Notes under the pieces: generated by a model
The model's input: only the letters and a program-made list of their open reading frames with translations
Told to the model about the DNA's origin: nothing
Databases searched by the model: none
Program-made: the position numbers and the translations under genes
Shown: positions 49,791-61,885 of the stretch, piece after piece
Layout of the letters: every line of letters begins with the position of its first letter
Numbering within the stretch: position 1 is the stretch's first letter
Assembly (NCBI GenBank): GCA_951406725.2
Contig: OX597838.1
Location: 7,502,001-7,566,000 of the forward strand
From: Octopus vulgaris
Lineage: Eukaryota
Direction: 5' to 3'
Length of the DNA: 64,000 nucleotides

Positions 49791-51029
49791 CTAACCAGAA
49801 TAAGCAACAGCAAAGCTTGACATACCATACGCCGTAGTAATTATACCAACTGACCATACGCAAACACGGTATTCATTTATCGACCGTGAAGAAAAAGTAA
49901 AGCAGTTTGAAATCTGCGGAATTCGAAATCAGAACGCAGAGTATTGGATTAGTAGAAATACTGCAAATCCTTAAAATTCGCCGCCATTTCCATACGTATG
50001 AAATTTTAAATCACATTTGTTTTATTTCCGCCGGATGAGCAAAATATTGTTTGTAGAAATTTCAAAGACGAATAACTACGAGAACAAATGTTTTGAATTA
50101 GCCAAGGGCTATCCTGGTGTTAATGAGGGACCAGAAATGCCATCGCAATTGTTCATAAACGGCTATCATATTATCAGTTATAGCTGCTACCACATCATTA
50201 GTAGATATTGTATTGATTACATTAGACTGATGTTGTTGAAGTCTGTTAGTATTAGTTAGTGGCATTGCCTTGTAACAACCGTATTACTACAACTGTAATG
50301 GATGGATTTCGATTGGTATTCTACGTCTAATGTATCATATTATTGCAGGAAGGAGTTATAAAATGTGATAATGGAGGATTATAGAAGTTACATGAAATAG
50401 AAGAGATACTACATATTGAATATTTATCAATAAACCAGTCCATGTTTATCGCTACACAATCCTCACATCCTATTAATATGGCGTACTTTGCTAGGAATTC
50501 ATGAGTAATATCTCTTTGAGGACATTCATTTCATCTACTATTAGACTAAATTAACACTTCTATGCCACAGCAATGGTGCATATCTCGTGTTGGTGATTTT
50601 CTCAGAGTTATTTGCAGCTAATTCAATGTTATTGGTGACCTTATTTCAGATACTTTTGCATCATTAGGTAACCGATTTAAAGAGAAAATAATTTGGTGCT
50701 GCATGGACAGTAATATTATAATGATATAAAGCATTATAGTACAATGGATTTGATGTTAGTAATATAGAAGAAATAACAATGTGTCTTTGTTGTCGTATTA
50801 TGTTACTATTGACTACCTTTATTCGATTAGTGAGTGTTTGGAACCACTGAAATAAAAGAATGGATATACTCAACAAGTTAAATAATGGATACACTGTGTT
50901 TTCATAATTACACGCTCATAAAATATAACCTTACTGTCTGAAATCGAAGCTCATGAAACCAAGCTCTTGTAACAGACTAAGGGTGGATGGAATGGGCGAG
51001 GGTTGTTACGAAAGGCAAAACTTCGTTTT

Positions 51030-51691
51030 ACAGCGATATATCATTGTACAGAATCCACTTTACATCGCAATTTGACATAACGTCGAGAAATGGATCGGTC
51101 CGGTTACGGAGAAAAAGCGACGAGCAAATTTCATATCTGCGCATCTTTTGATTTTCATTCAAATCGTTTGGTACCGATTTGTCAAGTTTTTTCCATTCTC
51201 CGATCGCATGCAAATGATTGCAGGCAATTTCCTGGCTAACTTGAAGTTCTTTTGACAGTTCTTGGGTGGCTTTACATTGATCTTTCTTAATGATGATCTT
51301 TAATTGACCGTCATCGATGACAGATGGGCGTACACTACGCTCACGGTCTTCAAGGCTCAGAACTCCACTGCGAAATCGTTTAAACCATTTTCAAGCTGAC
51401 CACTCACTAGTCATTTCATTGATATCGTGAGGAGTTTCGGCTATTTTATGTCCTTTTTTTGGAGTTGAATAGAAAAATTGCTCGAATATTGCGCTTTGAC
51501 AGTTCCATTTCAGATGATTATAACAACGGTGAAAAAATATCATGGTTAAAATATTGGTGCTTTTGGGAAAGTCTGTGTCTGTATTATCAGGCAACTTCAA
51601 AAAATATGTTTTTAAAAAATTCAAACCTCTGCAAAAATCCGGTGCAATTTCTTTATCGTTGAAAACGTTGGTTGGTTTCGGCTCAACCTGA
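51030..51691 (-). mobile_element. Decayed mariner element, 5' TIR plus N-terminal transposase
   Basis: HLHAIGEWKKLDKSVPNDLNENQKMRRYEICSSLFLRNRTDPFLD..NCDVKWILYND (WVPHEL and TCDEKW motifs); TA|TCAGGTTGAGCCG TIR-like end at 51693. Confidence 0.85.
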
Positions 51692-52704
51692 TACATTGTA
51701 TCACTGAAACGTGTGATGTCTTATATTATTAGAATACCTATAAATATCGGTTTGAAAGCTTGGCACAATGCCAGCAATTTCAGCAGAGTGTTTAAGTCGC
51801 GTACATTAAGTCCAGTCCTCAACTGGTAATTTATCGAACAGTATACCATATAATAATGGCCGTTTGTTGCCCTTCGCTATTGGAATATATCATATAATAT
51901 ATTATAGAATTTTCTATAGTTTATATAATTTGAAATATCTGAATTATATTGCGTTATAATATTTAAATGTTTATCGCATTATGTTATTGCAATTATAATT
52001 AAATATTTTATTGTAATTTAACTAGACCGCCTTTTGTAATCCAGTCTTAAAGCCAACTTCATATATAATATTTAATACATTCCGTATATACATCAGGTTT
52101 AGCTTATAGTAGACTTCACCTAAATTACTGTTACTGCTGCGGAATGATATTTTCATATCGTGCGCAGTGCAGATTTCAATTAAAACACTATAACATTTAA
52201 CTACAGTATAATTGAATCGCCGTTACTGTTCCACTACAGTGACGTACATTTATTGTCAAGGAGGGATTTCTTAATGTTCATTCATTCTATTAATGCCTTT
52301 TCGAAGTTATTATACATTTTCTATATTAGTCTATCAGAGTTAATTAAAATACCTCATTTATTGTAATATTGATTCCAAATATTGACACAAGGCTAACACA
52401 TTTGGTGTAGGAGGCAGCTAATGAATTACACTGACTCTGGTGATCAACTGGTACTTATTTTATCGATACATTACCTACGACCCATAGCATAACTTTCAAG
52501 TTTGACTCAAAATTTCACGTTATTTCTTTGTTTCTGCCAATGAAAAAGTTGCAGTACTCGCTATTTAAGTTTAAATAAATATTTTCCTTCTTTTCTCTTT
52601 GGTTATTGTAGACGTCAGTGATAGGCGGATGAATTGTTGTAGGATCAGTGGATAGACAGACAGTCATATGTAGGTAGGTAGGTAAGTAGACAAGTAGGTA
52701 GGTA

Positions 52705-52852
<148 letters not shown>

Positions 52853-53534
52853 TATAGAGTTATCACTTCGTTCATGCCAACCCCACTCCCCAACTGCTAA
52901 TTATTTTACCGATTCCCGAAAGGATGAGAGGCAAAATCGCCTTCGGTCGAGTTTCAACTCACAACGTAACGATGGACGAGATGCCAATAAGCAACTTAGC
53001 AGGGCGTGCGAAGCATATTGGCCCTAGAATCTCACCGCATTCAAGCTTTAATGACATCCTTAAGGATTTCGATATCGGATACAATAACGCAACAACAGAA
53101 ACACAATTAATGAAAGAAATATGATAGCCTTCATTTGCCTTATCCTTATTACACTGAACAACAGCAATATAATGGTCACATTTGTTGATGAAGAGAGTTT
53201 TCAAAAACTACTTTATGATAATGAGTAATAGCAGGTGTCTCTCCATACTAATGATTTATATAAATTTGATAAATGGCATGCAAAAGAGAACTGTATTTTG
53301 ACATTTTCAATTATTTATGTAACATTATGAATAGCCTGACATCAACTTAAATTACAATTTTATGTTTTTTAATGAATATTTGTCGAAACAGGAACTGAAG
53401 TCTTTTTATATATTGTGTTCTTTTAAAAAATTTTTCATAGAAAAGAATTTGAATGGTTCTTGCCTGAAGGATTCAACGCAGGTTTATTACATTCAAATAT
53501 GAAGGTCTGCATATGATACATATACTCTTTGCTC

Positions 53535-53742
53535 TTTTACTTATTTACTTGTTTCAGTCATATGACTGCAGCCATGCTGGAGCACCAACTTTAGTCGATC
53601 AAATCGACCCCGGGACTTATTCTTTGTAAGCCCAGTACTTATTCTATCGGTCACTTATTGCCGAACCGCTAAGTGACGGTGATGTAAACACACCAGCATC
53701 GGTTGTCAAGCGATGGTGGGGGGGACAAACACAGACACACAA

Positions 53743-53773
<31 letters not shown>

Positions 53774-53945
53774 CATATATACGACAGGCTTCTTTCAGTT
53801 TCCGTCTACCAAATCCACTCACAAGGCATTGGTCGGCCCGGGGCTATAGCAGAAGACACCTGCCCAAGATGCCACGCAGTGGGACTGAATCCGGAACCGT
53901 GTGGTTGGTTAACAAGGTACTTACCACACAGCCACTCCTGCGTAT
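53535..53945 (-). mobile_element. SINE family A, full copy
   Basis: Collinear with 19880-20260. Confidence 0.88.
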
Positions 53946-54157
53946 ATACATATGTATATATGTATATACATGTGTGCGCGGGTGTGTGTGTGTATAAAAT
54001 GGTATTTATATAAACTTAAAGCTTATTGCGATAGCCGTGCGATGACTAAGGAAAATAGTCTAATAGCAGGGTTGAAAAATGTAGACTTTTCTACCCGTGT
54101 GGGACTCGAACCCACATCCTTTTGTTAACGCGACTTAACGTGTTATCATTCGCATCG

Positions 54158-54215
<58 letters not shown>

Positions 54216-54218
<3 letters not shown>

Positions 54219-54400
54219 GGTCTAGTGGTTAGGGCAGCGGACTGGCGGTCGCAGGATCGCGGTTTCGATTCCCAGACCGGGCGTTGTGAGTGTTTATTGA
54301 GCGAAAACACCTAAAAGCTCCACGAGGGTCCGGCAGGGGTTGGTGATCCCTGCTGTACTCTTTCACCACTCTTTCTCCCACTCTTTCTTCTGATGGTCTG
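54216..54400 (+). mobile_element. SINE family C, 5' half
   Basis: AATGG.C.AGTGGTTAGGGCAGCGGAC...GGTTTCGATTCCCAGACCGGGCGTTGTGAG. Confidence 0.8.
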
Positions 54401-54429
54401 GTCGGTCACGTGATCACGTGATATATATA

Positions 54430-54465
<36 letters not shown>

Positions 54466-54664
54466 TGTATGTATATTGACTATCATGTTGTTCAAGCGTT
54501 TGAAAGAGGAAAACAAGATATATCCGATCAAAATGTTATTACCACTGACTGAAATGGACGTTTATACAGAAACAGCTTTGAAAAACATCTCCAATTATGC
54601 TTCAAGAAGCTGAGATAACACCTCTTATATAGCGTGCAGAAGATCATTTTTACAGAATTTATTT

Positions 54665-54792
54665 TTCACAATGACATCGTTCTGGATTCAGTCCCATTGC
54701 GTGATACTTTGGGCAAGCATCTACTACAATATTTACTGCGAGACACCTTGAGAATAGAATTGGTAGACGAAAACTGAAAGAGCGCCCGTCCT
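54665..54792 (-). mobile_element. SINE family A, 5' part, with orientation unresolved across this degenerate fragment
   Basis: Plus-strand TTCAGTCCCATTGCGTG...TTGGGCAAG...TTGGTAGACGAAAACTGAAAG matches the family A head in sense, so the strand call is doubtful. Confidence 0.4.
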
Positions 54793-54808
54793 ATACATGT
54801 ATGTGTAT

Positions 54809-54946
<138 letters not shown>

Positions 54947-54991
54947 GTATGTGTATGTATATATATATATATTAAATATATATATATATAT

Positions 54992-55073
<82 letters not shown>

Positions 55074-55076
<3 letters not shown>

Positions 55077-55353
55077 ACTCCTGTACATTAAAAGAAAAAA
55101 CAACATTTTTTAGACCCTGGTACTTATTCTATCGATCTCTTTGCAAAACCGATAAATTCCGGGGACGTAAACACACCAGTATCGGCTGTCATATATCTAT
55201 TTTACTGTTTTTCTGTCTGTTTTTATCAGCCGCTTGACACCCGATATTGGTGTGTTTACGTCCCCGCAATTTATCGGTTTTGCAAAGAGATGGATAGAAT
55301 AAGTACCAGGGTCTAAAAAATGTTGTTTTTTTCTTTTAATGTACAAGGGTCAA
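55074..55353. repeat. Inverted repeat, ~118-bp arms, 43-nt spacer
   Basis: 55074-55191 vs 55235-55353; I count 6 substitutions and 1 indel. Confidence 0.92.
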
Positions 55354-55425
55354 TTCGTTCGACTAAAAATTCTGCAAGGCGGTGCCCCAGTATGGCCACA
55401 TTGCAATCACTGAAACAAATGAAAT
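55225..55425 (+). mobile_element. SINE family A, 3' half, preceded by an inverted copy of itself
   Basis: CGCTTGACA.CCGAT..TGGTGTGTTTACGTCCCCG...GGCGGTGCCCCAGTATGGCCAC. Confidence 0.8.
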
Positions 55426-56154
55426 AAGAACGATAAATGTCCTGTTTAATACGCAAGAATCAAATGCTTTCTTTCGCGGTGGCTATAAAAACCATTACTA
55501 CAAGAGATACTGAAAATGTATTGCACAAATAAAAAATACCAATTTTATTTATCTTTTCTCGTTGTTATTATTTCTTTTGCTTTATTTTTCTTTGTTTTTT
55601 TGTTTTCTGCGGGGTGGAGGATTGGATAATTAACATCATGAAGTGAATACCCATGAAATTTAATTACACAGTCAAAGTGTTAAATTAGGGTGTAATTGGT
55701 AATTGATTTTAGAGAAGAAAAAAAAATTAATTCCATTGTGTCTGTATAAAAAAAAAAAATGTCTGACATAGGTTTTCACGTAGACAGCTTTATAACTGTT
55801 ATATGAGTATTCCTTATTTATTGCTTGCCGTTATAAGACTGTAGCCATGCAGGGTATAGCCATCCTGAGTTCTAGACAATCAAATAAACACCTGTATTTT
55901 TTACAGTCTGGCAGATAATTCTCTTTAAGTGACAGTCTACTTATCTCAGTTCGAAATATTTTCTCTGTTTCTCTAAGTTACTGGTCATCAAGAGATACAT
56001 TGTAGGCAACAAATTCTATGGTTACATTATATAGTATAACAGCATTAATCCCACATTCTCAAATTCTCTTTTCCTTAAGAAATAGCTTAGTAGTATTCCC
56101 TCTAATAAAATATGTCAGCCCATGACGAATAAATGCGAACGCTTGTATGAGGAA

Positions 56155-56545
56155 ACTTGATACATATGCGGTACTATTTCGTATTCCAGAGGTTTGCGAT
56201 ATTTCCCAAAGAGATGAGAAGATTAGATTATTTCTTTAGCGGTATTTCTACAAATATTCTATAGAGACCAAAGCCAGCCTGAATGTTTGCTACAACGTTT
56301 CGAATCGAAACGTCTGATGTAAACATTATTTGTTTACATCTGACATCTCGATACTAAACTTTGTAGCAAAAATCAATGCTGGCGATGGTTTCTATGGAAG
56401 AAGATCTATAGAAAGAACATTCAGAAAATAATGTAAAAAGCATTGCTAACGCAGTAGAACATGGTGTTGACTTATAAAAAACATTTAAAATAATTTATAG
56501 AATGTCATGGTTGCGTAACGAAATACCACGTATCTACAAGTCATT
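56155..56545. repeat. Long imperfect palindrome centred on 56326-56330
   Basis: GATGTAAACA-TTATT-TGTTTACATC core; clear pairing 56260-56396, weaker beyond. Confidence 0.75.
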
Positions 56546-56947
56546 AGGGAAAATTAGAAGTCACCAAAAATCGAATTTCTCTCTATTGGATTAAAAAGGT
56601 ATTTAGCGGTTGAGAATTAATATTTGACATATAAATGGGTTTTCTCAAATGTTGGTGACCGATATATCGATTTTTATCGGGTCCATGTAGAGAGGTCGCT
56701 GTGCACAAAGACATATACACTGAACCCACCCAAGTCATTAAACATGCTACACACCTTCTTGAGCGGGACTTCGGAGTACGGAAATTGAGGTCCAGTAAAA
56801 ACTATGAACTAACAAATACTTATTGAAAGATACATGTTTATTTATAAATGTAAAAATACAAGAGTCGTAATAGTTGAAAATAATACGGAATGGCGCTCGA
56901 CCTGTAAATAAAATAGAAAACATGTTTATATAAGCATCAATAATCGT

Positions 56948-57350
56948 TTTCTACTAAATCCACAAGGCCCGAAATTTTTAGGGAAGAGGGACTAGTCGAT
57001 TACATCGACCCCAGTGTTTCACTGGTTCTTAATTTATCGACCCCGAAAGGATGAAAGACAAAGTGGGCCTCGGCGGAACTTAAACTCAGAACGTGGAGAC
57101 GGGCAAAATACCTGTTTTTTATTACCCACAAGGGGCTAAACATAGAGGGGACAAATAAGTACAGACAAACGCATTAAGTTAATTATATCGACCCCAGTGC
57201 GTAACCGGTACTTATTTAATCCACCCCGAAAGGATGAAAGGCAAAGTTGACCTCGGCGGAATTTGAACTCAGAACGTAACGGCAGACGAAAGACGAAATG
57301 CCGCTAAGCCTTTTGCCCGGTGTGCTAACGATTCTGCCAGCTTGACGCCC
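56948..57350 (-). mobile_element. SINE family B dimer (tail-1 unit plus tail-2 unit)
   Basis: Two CGACCCCGAAAGGATGAAAG.CAAAGT bodies; junction at ~57112 equivalent to the one at 34086. Confidence 0.85.
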
Positions 57351-58297
57351 TTTTAAGACGAAGAATTACCTATTTCTTTATGAATTCAGTCTAATTATAA
57401 CTTCATTCAAGGTGTATTACTTTTAAACAAGTTAGCAAACACAACAATATTGAGATATATTATTGTTATTAGTGATATTACAATATCGTTGCATGCATTT
57501 GAATATCAATGTCACTACTGTTGTAAAAGTGCAGACGATGTGGTATTAGAATAATATTACGTACTCTGTTCTGCTTACTGTGACTCATACCCTGAAATCA
57601 AAGCAAAAATGAAATTTAAGTAGTAAAATGTGATATCTAAACTCCAGTCGAAATTATATATCTACCATATTTTTCTAAATATTCTCATGCTATGCATACT
57701 GTAACAAGCAGAATTTGAATGTTGTCATAGAAAAGTTGGTGTAAAGATTTGCGAGAATATATCGCATGTATTACGATGCAAGGCTGAAAATGATTTTTCG
57801 GGCTGCTGAGGGTATGATTTCCGGTATTACAAACTACCATGATGAACAGGAAACATAGGCACTTGTTCGATTCATCAGTTCCATGTGCTTGCGTCTGAGG
57901 AGAGAAAATAATGTCGAAACATGTGTGCCAGAGTCTCCATACACCAATGAATCTAGTGTGTTCTAAGTATATGTTTGTCTGAAAAGAGTTGTTTTCCGAT
58001 GATGAAATTCAATCATCGTTTAACGTATTCGTGTTCTAATTTGGTAGAACGCATCAGAAAATCATTGCTCTTCACTCTGCATATGGCAATTTAAAATAGA
58101 TGTTGATGTTTTACTCTTACATGTTGTTTAAGAACTCCAGAAATAAAATTGCGGATACAAGAAATTTGCACGTAGAGATCCATAAATATATTACATTGAC
58201 TTTTCTCTTTGGTTCTTTTATTCGCATACGTGGAAATATATATGTATAGGCATACGTAGATACACACACAGCCAGTCACAGGCACATAGCTGAGAGT

Positions 58298-58331
<34 letters not shown>

Positions 58332-58820
58332 GTTTAGTGTCTCTGTGTGCGTGTGTATCTGAGTATGTATGTATATATATATATATAGATGTGTATATAT
58401 CACATATTTATACATATATGTGTGTGTGTTTATGTATGCAAAAATGTATGTAGTTTAATATATAGGTACGTATTGAAATTTACGCATTTTATCGCTTTGA
58501 AATGCAGCGCCAAAGACGAAGCGTCCTGTCAAGGAGAATTTAACTAAGAGAAATAAATTATTACCGGACACATCTTAGAAAACTTTTTGTGGTAATATTG
58601 GGAACATCGTATACTCGCTTGGTTAATACAAGTAGCAAATTTGCCGAAGTGTCTGGAATAAAACACAAAATATATTATCATTTGCAAATAATCGTCCGAA
58701 TTCTTAGTGTCATTTTCTTTTCATTTCGATTTCGTTTTCTTAGATTCGGTAGAGATCAAGTTATTTACATTTTTCGTAATCGAAATGCATAACATTAACA
58801 CCCTGTTATATTGTAAGTAT

Positions 58821-59104
58821 GGTCGAACCAATTCTACTATATGGCTCAGAAACCTGGACGTTATCAAAGAAGCTTGAGAGACGGTTGGATGGAACTTACA
58901 CTCGCCTCCTTATGAGAGCTCAAAATCTCTCGTGGAAGCGTCATCCAACCAAAGTACAAATATATGGGAAATTACCACCTGTATCATCTCTTGTGAAAAG
59001 TAGAAGAGTCCAGTTTGCTGGACATTGTTGTAGAACTGAAAGCGAGGTAATTGCGATACCAGAGGGCGCACACACTCCTACCTTGATGTAATCTCCAAGG
59101 ATAC
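58821..59104 (+). mobile_element. RTE-type LINE 3' fragment (host copy, first part)
   Basis: VEPILLYGSETWTLSKKLERRLDGTYTRLL...RRVQFAGHC is a typical RTE C-terminus. Confidence 0.9.
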
Positions 59105-59629
59105 ATCATCATCATCATCATCATCATTGTTCGACCGTGGTCGTGACAATGGAATTTACCATGCTACGCCAGACTTCACGGTTCATCATGGCATTACGGA
59201 GGTCCTGTTGCTAGATGCCTGTGTCCCTGGAGATTACATCAGGGTAGGAGAGTGTGCGCCCTCTGGTATTGCGAGTAGATGGCTTCCAGAGGAGAGAAGT
59301 AGAAATTACTTCTTTTTCAGCTCTACAACAATGTCCAGCAAACTGGACTCTCTTACCTTTCACAAGAGATGACACAGGTGGTAGTTTCCCATATATTTGC
59401 ATGTTGGTTGGATGGCGTTTCCACGAGAGATTTTGAGCTCTCATAAGGAGGCGAGTGTAGGTTCCATCCAACCGCCTCTCAAGCTTCTTTGATAACGTCC
59501 AGGTTTCTGAGCCATAGAGTAGAATTGGTTCGACTGTGGCTTTGACTATTTCAAGTTTGAAGTCTCTACTTAGATTTGATGACCAGATCTTATGCATGTC
59601 CTTACAGGCTGACCAGGCCATACCCTTTC
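59103..59629 (-). mobile_element. RTE-type LINE 3' fragment inserted antisense into the host copy, (TGA)n tail
   Basis: RKGMAWSAC..MHKIWSS...ATVEPILLYGSETW...; (CAT)n at 59103-59127 is its tail. Confidence 0.9.
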
Positions 59630-59722
59630 TAGCAACAGGACCTCCGTAATGATATGATGGACCGTGAGGTCTGGCGTAACAAAGTAAATTCCATTGTCTC
59701 GACCACGGTCGAACAATGATGA
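59629..59722 (+). mobile_element. RTE-type LINE 3' terminus (host copy, second part)
   Basis: CTAGCAACAGGACCTCCGTAATG...TCGACCACGGTCGAACAATGATGA continues the 58821-59104 copy. Confidence 0.85.
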
Positions 59723-60035
59723 CGGTTACGACGACGAGGGTCCCAGCTGATACGATCAACGGAACAGCTTGCTCGTGAGATTAACGTGCAAATGGCTGAG
59801 CATTCCACAGACACGTGTACCCTTAACGTAGTTCTCGGGGATAATCAGCGTGACACAGAGAGTGACAAGGCTGACCCTTTGAAATACAAGTACAACTCAT
59901 TTTTGCCAGCTGAGTGGACTGGAGCAACGTGAAATAAAGCGTCTTGCTCAAGGACACAACGCGTCGCCGGGAATCGAACTCACAACCTTACGATCATGAG
60001 CCGAATGCCCTAACCACTAAGCCACCCGCCCTCAC
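59723..60035 (-). mobile_element. SINE family D: different tRNA head plus CORE-like segment, 3' half shared with family C
   Basis: Minus head GTGGTTAGGGC...GAGTTCGATTCCCGG, GTGTCCTTGAGCAAGAC; shared CTTGTCACTCTCTGTGTCACGCTG...CCTCGTCGTCGTAACCG. Confidence 0.85.
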
Positions 60036-60526
60036 TCGACGGTGATGTAATTATCTTCTCAATCAGCCTTAAATTTGTTATACAGCTAATACCGTACTGC
60101 ATAGAGGAGCTGGTAAAGTGCCGCTAAAAAATATAGACATTTACGAGGTTACTTTAATGGTGTCGCTCAAAGTGTATAATAATGCATCGGAGAATTTTCG
60201 ATTCAGAGATTTTTTGGTCCTGCCTACTGTTATTCGTGCAGATATATTTTTACGTCAGCGTTGAACTGATTTATTTCATATCTCACGAAGGTTTTAAAAA
60301 TAATTTCTTTTCAAGTAAATGAAATAACGTATTGATATATATTTAGTTAGGTAAAATTTCTTTATGATATTTTCTATCGATACAGTATTGATTCGAGTAT
60401 TATGATAATAATTTTCCATAGTTCTCTGAAGTACATGAAGTACACTTAGATACTGAATCTAACATATTTTCTTAACCTTAATGCTTAGACCCTAAAATTT
60501 CGCATATATATATATATATATATATA

Positions 60527-60644
60527 TTTTATTTTATAGAAGGAGTTTACATGACTAGAACTGTTTCATTCAAAAGAAATCATCGATGATTTCTTTTGAA
60601 TGAAACAGTCCTATCCTGTAGAAGCTCCTTCTATAGAATAAATT
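60527..60644. repeat. Palindrome with a perfect 50-bp spacerless core (60560-60609)
   Basis: ACTGTTTCATTCAAAAGAAATCATC|GATGATTTCTTTTGAATGAAACAGT; imperfect extension TATAGAAGGAG/CTCCTTCTATA. Confidence 0.92.
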
Positions 60645-60708
60645 AATTTACTCTGCTATGTATTGAGTACCTTATTTACTGTGGTTAACCCCGACTCAAC
60701 CCGGGACC

Positions 60709-60757
<49 letters not shown>

Positions 60758-60759
60758 AA

Positions 60760-60962
60760 AGCTAATCCAAACATGAAAACGCAACAGAAAACACAACAAC
60801 GCGAGGACGTAGAATATGTATAGTGTTATTGGACGCTCAGGAAAAGAAGGAAAGAAGGAGAACTTAACGTTTCGCGGAGCTCTTCGTCAGAAACATAGGA
60901 AAAGGAAAGATCCAAGGAAGGGAAGACGGAGGGTAAAAAAATCGCCAACGGTACACACGCGG

Positions 60963-60964
<2 letters not shown>
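60760..60964 (-). mobile_element. H1 element copy with hammerhead-like core
   Basis: Aligns with 38470-38660; core CTGACGAAGAGCTCCGCGAAACGTTAA at 60890-60864. Confidence 0.7.
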
Positions 60965-61005
<41 letters not shown>

Positions 61006-61006
<1 letters not shown>

Positions 61007-61086
61007 CATGCATATATACCTGTATTATACACACATTCATACACACACACATATTTATATATGCATCGCATATATTTATTGTGTGC

Positions 61087-61174
<88 letters not shown>

Positions 61175-61288
61175 GCACAATAAATTTTCAAGGAGTATTT
61201 TACAATAAAGAAAGTGGGTATGCGTTACGATGCATATATAAATATGTGTGTGTGTGAATGTGTGTATAATACAGGTATATATGCATGT
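61006..61288. repeat. Fold-back centred on a (TA)n tract
   Basis: 61006-61068 is the reverse complement of 61228-61288; inner arms TTTATTGTGTGCGTATA and TATACGCACAATAAA. Confidence 0.85.
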
Positions 61289-61564
61289 GTGTATGCGCAT
61301 ATACTGATATTGTCCTACCTGCATATTCTAGTAGGTGATATCATTCGAAAGCTACAGCATTGCGCGTGAGTATTTCGGCCAGCGTTGTTGTACAACAACA
61401 TCAAATAGTTACAACGATACAATCCTCGTCATAAACTCTCGGAGTTTCTGTTCATTTACTGACCTTTCTCTTTCTCTATAAACATTTGCACACACAGACA
61501 CACTCACACACAATCATATATATAGTGAGAGAGAAAGAGAGAGAAAGATAGCTAGATATATTTA

Positions 61565-61611
<47 letters not shown>

Positions 61612-61654
61612 ACATAAGTATATACATATATGTATATATAATCCATATATAATG

Positions 61655-61703
<49 letters not shown>

Positions 61704-61711
61704 GTGGATCT

Positions 61712-61885
61712 CCATGTTTTCTAACTCCGTTTATTTCTGTTTTCCTCTCTGTTGAAGAGCGTAGGCTCGAAATGTAAAAGGCAATCTCAATTCCCGAGCG
61801 TTAAACTAATACAGCTGTTTGTTGTTTACACACCCGTCTTCGTTTTTGGGTTTTTTTGTCTTTTCTTTTTTTGTAAATTCTCACT
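61712..61885 (+). mobile_element. H2 element copy
   Basis: CTGTTGAAGAGCGTAGGCTCGAAATGTAAAAG...TTCCCGAGCGTTAAACTAATACA aligns with 42050-42115. Confidence 0.6.

Noticed and set aside
56316-56340. TGTAAACA resemblance to the miR-30 seed
   Set aside because: Only a short match adjacent to the loop; the rest does not resemble miR-30.
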